From NCBI GenBank assembly GCA_947457095.1, contig CANGUK010000001.1, forward strand, positions 3,064 to 67,063: a DNA stretch of 64,000 nt, written 5' to 3'. Both the position numbers and the translations under genes were made by a program. This document shows, piece by piece, positions 31,321-40,275 of this stretch. A model generated the notes under the pieces. The model searched no databases, was not told where the DNA came from, and saw only the letters and a program-made list of their open reading frames with translations. The first letter of the stretch is position 1. Each line of letters opens with the position of its first letter. Source of the DNA: Cyclobacteriaceae bacterium. GTDB taxonomy: Bacteria > Bacteroidota > Bacteroidia > Cytophagales > Cyclobacteriaceae.

Positions 31321-32376
31321 ATGAAGCATAAAGATTCCCAAAATTGGAAGCATACCCTATCTAACTCCCAGCAGCTGGGAGGTATAGAAACTTCCGTTTT
31401 GGACAATGGAGCTGGTCGAGGAGTTCGTATCGCTTGGATCAATACGGGAACAGGCCTTCGCTACAAGGTGGTGCTCGACCGAGGAATGGACATTTTGGAT
31501 GCCTTTTTCAATGAACATAGCCTAGCATGGATTTCTCACGCTGGCTTGACCGCACCCCAACCTTTTTCCAATCAGGGCATAGATTGGCTACGCACTTTTG
31601 GTGGAGGCTTGTTGACTACTTGCGGCCTATCCAATGCCGGCCCTCCCAATTCCGATGCGAATGGATCTCGAGGATTGCATGGTAATTATTCCAACTTATC
31701 CGCCGAACTAATTTCCATCAAGCAGCCTGATATTTTCTCTGGGGACTTGGGATTTGAACTGGTCGGAAAAGTCACCGAAAGCAGCACCTTTGGCCCAAGT
31801 TTGGAACTGATTCGACGGATCTCAGGAACCATCGGATCGGCAGAAATCAAGATCCAAGACCAAGTCACGAATCGAGGGAATACAAAGGCTCCCCACATGT
31901 TGTTGTACCATATCAATTGCGGATGGCCATTGATAGATGAAGGAACGCGGATTGTCTGGAATGGAGCGCTGCAACCGAGACCTGGAGAGTCGGACATTCG
32001 TCAAAATTCTCGAAAAGATGGATTCAGACACTGTCCAGCCCCAATGGATACGCATGCAGGCTTTGGGGAAGAGGTAGCCTTTATTGATCCGCAAGGAGAT
32101 AAGGAGCAACAGGTAGTTTGTGGCTATGTCAACGATAAATTGGGATTGGGACTAAAAATTTCCTTTTCCAAAACCCAATTGCCTTGGCTTATCCATTGGC
32201 AGCATTGGGGAAAAAACGAATATGTGACTGCGCTTGAGCCGGCGACAAACCCTCCGATTGGACAGGCTGCTGCACGAGCGAATCAGAGTTTGGTAGAGCT
32301 TGAGCCAGGAGAAACCCGAAGTTATGACCTCCACCTCAGCATCGTGTTAGGTGAGGCTGCTCGGGAATTTGCTTGA
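31321..32376 (+). CDS. DUF4432 / aldose 1-epimerase (mutarotase-fold) protein
   Basis: DRGMDI, F.GGLLTTCGL, LHG, MLLYHINCG, ALEP. Confidence 0.85.
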   Translation: MKHKDSQNWKHTLSNSQQLGGIETSVLDNGAGRGVRIAWINTGTGLRYKVVLDRGMDILDAFFNEHSLAWISHAGLTAPQPFSNQGIDWLRTFGGGLLTTCGLSNAGPPNSDANGSRGLHGNYSNLSAELISIKQPDIFSGDLGFELVGKVTESSTFGPSLELIRRISGTIGSAEIKIQDQVTNRGNTKAPHMLLYHINCGWPLIDEGTRIVWNGALQPRPGESDIRQNSRKDGFRHCPAPMDTHAGFGEEVAFIDPQGDKEQQVVCGYVNDKLGLGLKISFSKTQLPWLIHWQHWGKNEYVTALEPATNPPIGQAAARANQSLVELEPGETRSYDLHLSIVLGEAAREFA

Positions 32377-32451
32377 CCCAGTTTGAAAGGAATAGTCGCT
32401 TGTTTAACGATTTAAAAAAAATAGAGGAACACTAACCCAAAATACAGACCT

Positions 32452-33660
32452 ATGAGTTTTGCTAAAAAAGCGCTCGAACAGGGCGAAGGAATTGTACGAT
32501 TGACCCCTACCTGGGTTCCCCGGTCTTTTTGTGTGCCGGGACGAAGAATTAAATTACATCCTGACGATTACTACGCCTTTGGTGGCATGAGAGGTGGCAT
32601 CGATGAGCGCTGGTTTGCTTCTACCACTGCAGCTCAGAATGGTCCGCTGACTTCAAAAAATGAAGGCTTAAGCCACATTGCTCTTGAGGATGGAGGAAAG
32701 GTAAGCCTAGGTTTGCTCAAGGATGCGGTGGAGGAACTAGGTGCTGACCTAATCGGATCACGCTTATGGAATGAGTTCAAGTCCTGGCCCATGTACTCCA
32801 AGTTTTTTGACAACATGGGGCCTTTGCCGCACCACATTCACCCTTCGGATGAATTTGGTAAATTGACGGGTCAAAATGGAAAGCCAGAGGCCTACTATTT
32901 TCCCCCTCAAGTGAATAACCACGGAGGAGATTTCCCTTACACCTTCTTTGGAATTGCTCCGGGAACGAGCAAGGAGACGATCTTGGATTGCTTGAAAAAC
33001 TTTAACAAAGGGGACAACAAAATCACCAATTACTCCCAGGCGTTCCGCTTGCAACCGGGTACGGGTTGGGATGTGCCTCCAGGGATGCTTCATGCTCCAG
33101 GGAGCATGTGTACCTACGAACCCCAAAAAGCCTCTGACATCTTTGCCATGTACCAATCCTTGGTGAATGAAGCCATTATTCCGGATGAATTGCTCTGGAA
33201 TGCTTGTCCAAAAAACCGTTGGGGAGACTACGAACTCTTGTTGGAAATGATTGACTGGGATCTCAACGTCAATCCCAATTTGATGGACAACCATTACATG
33301 GAACCCAAACCGGTAGCTGACCCCGCGCAAATGCAGGCTGCGGGCTACCAGGAAACCTGGATTTGCTACCGATCTCATGACTACAGTGCCAAGGAACTTA
33401 CTGTGCTTCCTGGGCAGACCGTCGTGATTCGAGATGCAGCAGCCTATGGCATGATTATGATGCAGGGGCATGGAAAAATGGGTGCTTGGGATATTGAAAC
33501 ACCATCGCTAATCCGTTTTGGCCAATTGACCCAGGACGAATATTTTGTGTCCGAGGCCGCTGCGAAGGCTGGAGTGAAAATCACCAACACGTCCAAAACA
33601 GATCCAATTGTGATGCTCAAGCATTTTGGGCCCAAGAACCCCGATTTGACAGTTTTGTGA
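32452..33660 (+). CDS. Cupin-fold, class I mannose-6-phosphate isomerase-like protein
   Basis: ERW, KFFD..PLPHHIHP, KPEAYY, VPPGMLHAPG, YEPQ..SD metal-binding motifs. Confidence 0.72.
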   Translation: MSFAKKALEQGEGIVRLTPTWVPRSFCVPGRRIKLHPDDYYAFGGMRGGIDERWFASTTAAQNGPLTSKNEGLSHIALEDGGKVSLGLLKDAVEELGADLIGSRLWNEFKSWPMYSKFFDNMGPLPHHIHPSDEFGKLTGQNGKPEAYYFPPQVNNHGGDFPYTFFGIAPGTSKETILDCLKNFNKGDNKITNYSQAFRLQPGTGWDVPPGMLHAPGSMCTYEPQKASDIFAMYQSLVNEAIIPDELLWNACPKNRWGDYELLLEMIDWDLNVNPNLMDNHYMEPKPVADPAQMQAAGYQETWICYRSHDYSAKELTVLPGQTVVIRDAAAYGMIMMQGHGKMGAWDIETPSLIRFGQLTQDEYFVSEAAAKAGVKITNTSKTDPIVMLKHFGPKNPDLTVL

Positions 33661-33713
33661 TTTAAAAATTAGAGGAAGTTTTAGTTATACTACGTTACTA
33701 ACCCAAAATAGCA

Positions 33714-34730
33714 ATGAATACATTACCCAAACTGCACAATGCCACCTGGCCTGGATTGGTAGGAAAAGGTCCAGACTCAGAGCCTGTAATCGCCTTTGAT
33801 CAGTTACTTGAAATGACCGCTGCAGCTGAAGTTGGCGGAGTCAAATTTGATGGAATTGATGTGGGCTTACTCGAACCACATATTTACCTTGATCAGGCAG
33901 AAGAAGCTAAAAAGCTGGCGGAGAAAGTTTCCAAACATGGCCTTAAAGTGGGCTCCCTTGTAGCCCCAATCTGGGCTGGCTCCGCCATGGGCACAGCCGA
34001 TCAACGCAAAACTTTTGTGGAGATGGTTCGCAAGTCTTGTGAATTTGGCCAGCAGCTGAAGGCGCTAGGCGTCAGGGATTATGGAATTGTCCGAATTGAC
34101 TCCGCTGCAGGCGTATCCGACTGGGCAAAGGATCCACTCGGCAACTCCAAATTGATTGCCAAGACCTTTCAAGAAGCCGCTGATATCGCCGCAGGATATG
34201 GAGAAAAGCTGGCGGCAGAGGGAGAAATTTGTTGGGGTGGCATGCACAGCTGGAAGCACATGGTTGAATTGCTAGAAATGACAGATCGAAAGAATGTGGG
34301 TTTCCAGGCCGATATGTCCCATACCTTCCTGTATACCATGGGATACAATGCTCCGGAGCATCGCATTCTGCCAGTAGATGCAGATTTGAAGGATAGAGAA
34401 GTGATCAAAGCTGCGATAAAGACTGTTTCGGATGCACTGCGTCCTTGGACCATCGACTTCCACGTGGCCCAGAATGATGGGTCTGTATTTGGATCTGGAT
34501 CGCACGATAAAACCGGCCGTCACTGCCAAGCTACCGATCCAAATGGGCTGCTCGATATCGCCCATGATGCGGGTTACTGGATGCGGGATTCCGTTGGTAA
34601 TTACAACCAAGCCTTGACCCATATTTGCTGGGATGGCTGTATGTTCCCCAATGCTGTGATGGAAAAGCAGCAAACCTGGAACGACATCCTCGCTGCGATG
34701 ATAGCGGTTCGTAATGCACAGGGGCATTGA
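33714..34730 (+). CDS. Sugar phosphate isomerase/epimerase (xylose isomerase-like TIM barrel)
   Basis: [20 protein letters not shown] motifs of the AP-endonuclease-2 barrel. Confidence 0.78.
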   Translation: MNTLPKLHNATWPGLVGKGPDSEPVIAFDQLLEMTAAAEVGGVKFDGIDVGLLEPHIYLDQAEEAKKLAEKVSKHGLKVGSLVAPIWAGSAMGTADQRKTFVEMVRKSCEFGQQLKALGVRDYGIVRIDSAAGVSDWAKDPLGNSKLIAKTFQEAADIAAGYGEKLAAEGEICWGGMHSWKHMVELLEMTDRKNVGFQADMSHTFLYTMGYNAPEHRILPVDADLKDREVIKAAIKTVSDALRPWTIDFHVAQNDGSVFGSGSHDKTGRHCQATDPNGLLDIAHDAGYWMRDSVGNYNQALTHICWDGCMFPNAVMEKQQTWNDILAAMIAVRNAQGH

Positions 34731-34838
34731 TGTATGTGGATTTGCTCTTTTGGCTTCTTTAATGCAATAAAATTCACAATCCCATCACCAAAAATTAAAT
34801 TCTAGAGATCTTTCTTTTACTTCTTACTTATTAGAAAA

Positions 34839-36005
34839 ATGAGCAACAAAAAATTGATTCGTGTAGGCCTCATCGGCACAGGGCTGATGGGTAGAATTCA
34901 CACCAATGGCTACAAGCGCTTGGCTGACTTTTTTCCTGAATACGAATACCGACCTGTACTGCAAGCCTGCTGCTCCCGAAGAGAAGCCAATGCCAAGGCT
35001 TTTATGGAGCGTTGGGATTATGCTTCCTACGAAACAGACTGGAAAAAGCTGATTGCCAGAGACGATATTGACGCAGTGGACATTTGCACGCCAAATGACA
35101 TGCACGCAGAAATTGCCATTGCTGCAGCGAAGGCTGGTAAAATGATACTCTGTGAGAAGCCGCTTGCCCGAACTGTTGCTGAAGCCAAAGGCATGCTAGA
35201 GGCTGTTGAGAAAGCTGGCGTAAAAAATACAGTATGGTACAATTACCGTCGCGTACCGGCAGTGACCCTAGCCAAAAACATCGTTGCTTCGGGGAAGTTG
35301 GGAAAGATTTTCCACTACCGAGCCAACTTCCTTCAAGATTGGACCATCAATCCAGACTTGCCTCAAGGGGGAGATGGAACTTGGAGATTGGATGTGGAAT
35401 CTGCAGGCTCCGGAGTAACGGGCGATTTGCTAGCCCACTGCATCGATACTGCCATGTGGATCAATGGGGGCATCAAGGATGTGTCAGCCATGACCGAGAC
35501 CTTTGTGAAGGAGCGGATGCATTCGGATACGGGTAAAAAGCAGGCGGTAGGAATTGACGATGCCTGTATTTTTCATTGCCACTTTGACAATGGCTCACTA
35601 GGGCTTTTTTAGGCTACTCGCTATGCACGTGGACACAAGGCCCTCTATACTCTCGAAATCAATGGGGAGCATGCCTCGATCCGTTGGGATTTGCATGATT
35701 TGACCCGTTTGGAATATTTTGACCACAGCGACGAAGGCAAGGTGCGGGGGTGGCGATCGATTCACGTTACAGACGGAGATCACCCGTACATGCACCGCTG
35801 GTGGATCCCAGGAACCTCCATTGGCTACGAGCATTCCTTTATTCACCAAGTGGCCGATTTCTTCCACAGTTTGGAAACTGGAGAGGCTTGTCATCCTACT
35901 TTCAGAGATGCCTTTGAAACGCAAAAAGTGTGTGAGGCAGTACTCGACTCAGCACGCGATCGAGCCTGGAAAGACACCGGAGTGGAGTGGATTGAGAAGG
36001 TGTGA
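34839..36005 (+). pseudogene. Gfo/Idh/MocA oxidoreductase interrupted by one in-frame TAG (35610-35612)
   Basis: ORFs 34839..35612 and 35691..36005 share a frame; [15 protein letters not shown] reads through to 388 codons; may be a base-call error. Confidence 0.85.
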
Positions 36006-36008
36006 AAG

Positions 36009-36241
36009 CAATATGGATTCCTACTTTGTACAATGTACCAGGTACTAAGTACCAGGTATAATGTACAAAGTACCAAGTACAAAGTAGGAATTCGACTTTG
36101 TAACAGAATTCTGCCACAAAGTCGAATCTCTTCTTTGTATCGGGTAACTTTCTTTGATAGGCAGTAAGGATCCTTTAATTGCAGAACTTTGATCCCAATA
36201 CGAATCTCTACTTTGTTCTTGGTACATGGTACTTCGTACTA
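36009..36241. repeat. REP-like mosaic of GTACnnn heptamers and inverted repeats
   Basis: GTAC/GTAT/GTAG every 7 bp from 36028 to 36084; 15-bp IR 36017-36031/36077-36091; 12-bp IR 36090-36101/36116-36127; similarity to 53088-53186. Confidence 0.85.
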
Positions 36242-36242
36242 T

Positions 36243-36803
36243 CTAAACCAAAACCACCCTTAAACTCTTGGCTCCTTGTGCTCCAATGACCAAGGATTGT
36301 TCAATGTCTGCGGTTTTGGAAGGGCCAGCAAGGAATAGTCCAAAGCCGGATTGGGCCGCTGCTATTTTATCATAGCCCTGATGCATGGTGTCTTCAAGGT
36401 TGTTGCGATCAAGAACAATCACCAGGTGCTCAGTAGCAAAGGGTAGCGCACGAAGTCCAAGCTGCGTATCCTCTAGCCAAATGGCACCATTTTCAGCGAC
36501 ACCAAATTGCCCATCCAGAATTGCTACTTCCAAGGTCTCCAAGTTATGCGGATCCTCCGGTAAAGGAAGGGTTGCCAATTCGGAGAACTGGACTGATAGG
36601 GAAATCACTTTTGAAAACCCAGAAGTTGAAAACCATTCCTCAAACTCGCTTTTGGATAGCACTTCTCCCTTGTTGCCGGAGATGGACTGCGTAAATCGTT
36701 CCACTAAGTTTCCTGGGCTGCTGAAATTAGGGATATCGGGCAGCGCTTTGGGTTCGACGGTCAGGCTTCGAATAGCGCTCAGTATTTTTTCTCTGCTGCT
36801 CAT
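36243..36803 (-). CDS. lutC: Lactate utilization protein C (LUD domain)
   Basis: GVAENGAIW, GPSKTADIEQSLVIGAQG. Confidence 0.9.
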   Translation of the reverse strand: MSSREKILSAIRSLTVEPKALPDIPNFSSPGNLVERFTQSISGNKGEVLSKSEFEEWFSTSGFSKVISLSVQFSELATLPLPEDPHNLETLEVAILDGQFGVAENGAIWLEDTQLGLRALPFATEHLVIVLDRNNLEDTMHQGYDKIAAAQSGFGLFLAGPSKTADIEQSLVIGAQGAKSLRVVLV

Positions 36804-38158
36804 GACCTGTTTTTTCGATACCACTGTTGAAAAGATTCCTTAGGAGGATCTGGGAGATTTCTATTTTTTCCCCAGCTATTCAAAGGATGATAAATCAAGC
36901 TATTCGGAAGGGATTTTAGCGCATTCCGCATCACGCTTCCGGAAATTTTGTAGGCTAGGGGGCTCTTAAATATGCCGTTTGCCAACTTCATGGATAGTCC
37001 TTTGGCGAATTCACCCTTCGTTTTGGTTACCTCCTGTCTCCATTCGTACAGCTGCTCGTGAATGTTGATTTTCACTGGGCATACATCGGTACAGCTGCCG
37101 CAAAGCGTGGAGGCAAAGGGAAGGCTGCTGTGCTTCTTAAGATCTAGTCCTGGAGATAGAATGGATCCAATTGGCCCTGGTACAGTGCTGTTGTAACTGA
37201 ATCCCCCACTTCTACGGTAGATGGGACAGGTGTTCATGCAGGCCCCACAACGGATGCATTTGAGGGAGTTTCTAAATTTCTCCCTCGCCAGCTGGGCCGT
37301 ACGACCATTGTCCACTAGGATGATGTGAATTTCTTTTCCGGGCGAAGGACTTCTGAAATGAGAATTGTAGTTGGTGATGGGCTGCCCAGTGGCTGATCTT
37401 GCCAGCAAGCGTAGAAATACCCCCAAGTCTTTGCGTCTAGGAAGGATTTTTTCGATGCCCATGCAAGCGATATGAACGTCTGCAAGATGTACTCCCATGT
37501 CAGCATTGCCCTCGTTGGTGCACACGACAAATTCCCCCGTCTCCGCAATGCCAAAGTTGACCCCGGTGATGGCCACCTTGGCGGCGAAGAATTTTTCCCG
37601 TAGGTGAACCCGTGCTGCCTGCGTGAGGTAGGCAGGATCCTCATTGCCTTTTTCGGTGTGGAGCTTCTCGTGAAAAAGTTCGGAAATCTCTCCTTTTTTC
37701 AGGTGAATTGCAGGCAGGACAATGTGGCTGGGGGGCTGGTTGAGAAACTGGACGATACGCTCCCCAAGGTCGGTGTCTACCACTTCGACGCCGTGCTTTT
37801 CCAAGTAGGGATTGAGGTGACACTCCTCGGTAAGGATGGACTTACGTGTGACTACGGAAGTACAATTTTGCTGTTGGAGGATTTCTAGTACCAGCCGGTT
37901 GTGTTCCTCACTATCTGCTGCCCAATGGACAATGATTCCATTTTTTTTGGCATTACGCTCAAATTCCTCCAAGTAGCCGGCAAGATTTGCGAGGACATTG
38001 TCCTTGATGCCAGAGGCCAACTCCCGTAATTGTTCCCATTCGGGTATACCTTTGCTGACTTTGTCACGCTTGTCGCGAACAAACCAGAGCGTTTCATCAT
38101 GCCATTTTGCTTTTTGGCTATCCTTCAGAAATTCAGCCGCATTCTCCGGATGTGTCAT
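36800..38158 (-). CDS. lutB: Lactate utilization protein B (Fe-S)
   Basis: DTDLGE, PSHIVLPAIH, TNEGN, CIRCGACMNTCP, LCGSCTDVCP. Confidence 0.93.
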   Translation of the reverse strand: MTHPENAAEFLKDSQKAKWHDETLWFVRDKRDKVSKGIPEWEQLRELASGIKDNVLANLAGYLEEFERNAKKNGIIVHWAADSEEHNRLVLEILQQQNCTSVVTRKSILTEECHLNPYLEKHGVEVVDTDLGERIVQFLNQPPSHIVLPAIHLKKGEISELFHEKLHTEKGNEDPAYLTQAARVHLREKFFAAKVAITGVNFGIAETGEFVVCTNEGNADMGVHLADVHIACMGIEKILPRRKDLGVFLRLLARSATGQPITNYNSHFRSPSPGKEIHIILVDNGRTAQLAREKFRNSLKCIRCGACMNTCPIYRRSGGFSYNSTVPGPIGSILSPGLDLKKHSSLPFASTLCGSCTDVCPVKINIHEQLYEWRQEVTKTKGEFAKGLSMKLANGIFKSPLAYKISGSVMRNALKSLPNSLIYHPLNSWGKNRNLPDPPKESFQQWYRKNRS

Positions 38159-38913
38159 GATAGGGCCTGGTTTAGAATTTCAGCAAGGTGAAGGAACTTC
38201 AACTCTTGCTTAGATCGAGAAGCAATACCTTGTAAGTGCATGATGCAGGACATATCTCCACCGGTGAGGATTTCGGTTTTGTGCTCGAGGTGATCTGCAA
38301 GCCTGTCTTTGCCCATTTGGATGGATAGTGCTTCCTCGGTCACGGCAAAAGTCCCTCCAAAGCCACAGCATTCGTCTGTTCTACCGAGTTCCACCCAGTC
38401 CAATCCATCCAGATTTTCTAGGAGTTTGCGGGCCTTATTAAATGGAGGCTGGTTGAGTTCCGATCCAGAGGAAAGGTGCAGCCCACGCTGCCCATGGCAG
38501 GAGGAGTGGAACCCTACTCGATGGGGAAACTTCCCTTCCAGCTTTTCTATTTTCAGTACATCGGTGATGAATTCGATGAGTTCATAGATTTTATGCTCCA
38601 GGGCTTCCTGTTCTTTTTCTAGGCCAGCAATAGCAGGAAAGTGCTCTTTTACGTGCAGGGTGCAGCTTCCAGAAGGACAAACCACATAGTCATATTCACT
38701 GAAGGTCTCTATAAAATGCCTTGCTGTACCTACCGTTTCCCGTGCATATCCAGCATTGGCAAGCGGCTGTCCACAGCAGGTTTGACCTGAAGGGTAAGTC
38801 ACCTGGCAGCCTAATTTTTCCAACAATTCCAGCGTAGCAATGCCTACCTGCGGGTAGAATTGGTCTACGTAGCAGGGGATAAACAAGGCGACGGAAGGGG
38901 AATTGGCTTTCAT
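38155..38913 (-). CDS. lutA: Lactate utilization protein A (CCG domains)
   Basis: QTCCGQP, PSGSC, HSSCH, ECCGFGG. Confidence 0.93.
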   Translation of the reverse strand: MKANSPSVALFIPCYVDQFYPQVGIATLELLEKLGCQVTYPSGQTCCGQPLANAGYARETVGTARHFIETFSEYDYVVCPSGSCTLHVKEHFPAIAGLEKEQEALEHKIYELIEFITDVLKIEKLEGKFPHRVGFHSSCHGQRGLHLSSGSELNQPPFNKARKLLENLDGLDWVELGRTDECCGFGGTFAVTEEALSIQMGKDRLADHLEHKTEILTGGDMSCIMHLQGIASRSKQELKFLHLAEILNQALS

Positions 38914-38922
38914 TGGGGTAAG

Positions 38923-40257
38923 TTAAGCGCTGGGGTTCATATTCACGAGCATTGCCGCACCTAAAGCAGAGCCATTTGGAAAATCACTCGGGATAAGTTC
39001 GATTCCAGGAAGTTTTTTGCGCAGCAGCTCAAGAAAAATCGGGTTGGCATTGAAGCCCCCGTCCACAAATAGCCGAGTAACAGGTGCTCCCTCCAATACA
39101 AGCTTGACCGAGGCGGCCTGAATAGTGGTTAGCTCATGCAAGAAGGTATAGTAGGCTTCTGTAAATTCTGAGAAACTGCCCCAATCGCTAGAAATCCCAT
39201 TTGCTATCCCAAAATTTTCTGGCTGGATGTAGTGAAATCGGATTCTTTTTGCAGGCTGACTGCTGACTTTTTGGTACCAGGATTCTTCAAATTGAAGTTT
39301 CTTGTAGGTGCCTAAGGGAAGGTTCCAATAGGCATACATTTCTTCTACTTGGTACTTGTGCTCCTCTCCGATAAAGAGGCGAGAGATCTTGATGGGCTGC
39401 CCAGAAATACTCAAAAACTGGAGGCAATCTTTAGTCAATTCCGATTCTGTAAGCGGGGTCTTATTGAACGGATTGATGCTGATCGCCCAGGTACCCGTGG
39501 ACAGCAGGGCGAAGGGTTCGGTTTCCTGTTTCAGGTAGGGTAGAAGGGCTGCTGAGGAGTCATGTACACCGATTCCACAGGGGATTCCACCTAGCTCAGG
39601 CTTGGTTTTCAAAAGGGAATCTCCGGGCAATATTGGCGCCTGGAGGAGTTCTATTCCTTCTCGTTTCACCCAGTCGTGGTAGTCCATCTTCTCAAAATCC
39701 CACAAGCCGGTATGGCAACCGATACTGCTGTAGTCAGACACAAATTGGCCAGTAAAAATCAAGCTTAGGTATTGTGGAAGGTGGAGGCTTCGTTGGATTT
39801 TTTGGAATACCTCTGGCTTTGCATACTTGAGAAAATAGAGTTGCAAGCCTGAATTGAGCATTGCCAAAGGAGGGGAAGAAGTCTCCTTACAAAAGTTGAA
39901 TTTTCCTCCATTTTCGGAATAAAACCGGTCCAGTAAATCCTCCGGAAAAGGCTTCAGGTAATCGTACAGTGGCGCTACAGGTTCACCTTCAAGGTCGGTA
40001 TGAACAAAGGAGGCCCCATGTCCCGAAAAGTTAAGTCGCGTAATTTCAAATTCAGCAGAATTTAAAGCCGCATGAAATGTGTCCAGCATCCAATCCCGAA
40101 GTGGAAGCACAGGTTCGCTCGGGAATCCGTCCTCGTCAGGAATGGGTTCCAAACGGGTGTAACTATGAAACACCTCTCTCCCATTCTGGTCAAAGAGAAA
40201 GAATTTCTTATTGGTTTTCCCGATGTCGAATACGGCTGTTACTGGGATTTTTGGCAT
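38923..40257 (-). CDS. FGGY-family sugar kinase (rhamnulokinase-like)
   Basis: FDIGKTNKK, GVHDSSA, LSTGTW, VDGGF, SALGAA. Confidence 0.85.
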   Translation of the reverse strand: MPKIPVTAVFDIGKTNKKFFLFDQNGREVFHSYTRLEPIPDEDGFPSEPVLPLRDWMLDTFHAALNSAEFEITRLNFSGHGASFVHTDLEGEPVAPLYDYLKPFPEDLLDRFYSENGGKFNFCKETSSPPLAMLNSGLQLYFLKYAKPEVFQKIQRSLHLPQYLSLIFTGQFVSDYSSIGCHTGLWDFEKMDYHDWVKREGIELLQAPILPGDSLLKTKPELGGIPCGIGVHDSSAALLPYLKQETEPFALLSTGTWAISINPFNKTPLTESELTKDCLQFLSISGQPIKISRLFIGEEHKYQVEEMYAYWNLPLGTYKKLQFEESWYQKVSSQPAKRIRFHYIQPENFGIANGISSDWGSFSEFTEAYYTFLHELTTIQAASVKLVLEGAPVTRLFVDGGFNANPIFLELLRKKLPGIELIPSDFPNGSALGAAMLVNMNPSA

Positions 40258-40275
40258 TACAGGAACTAGTCGGGT

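Noticed and set aside
32764-33471. Long antisense ORFs (235 aa here and at 54366..55073, plus many shorter ones)
   Set aside because: They lie wholly within well-supported genes on the opposite strand and show no recognisable motifs.
35610-35612. Amber reassignment or pyrrolysine
   Set aside because: TAG terminates many complete genes in this window and no pyl genes are present.
35719-36227. Short ORFs with YLVL/TWY periodic peptides over the repeat region (also 52912..53274)
   Set aside because: They are translations of the heptamer repeats or shadow frames of real genes.
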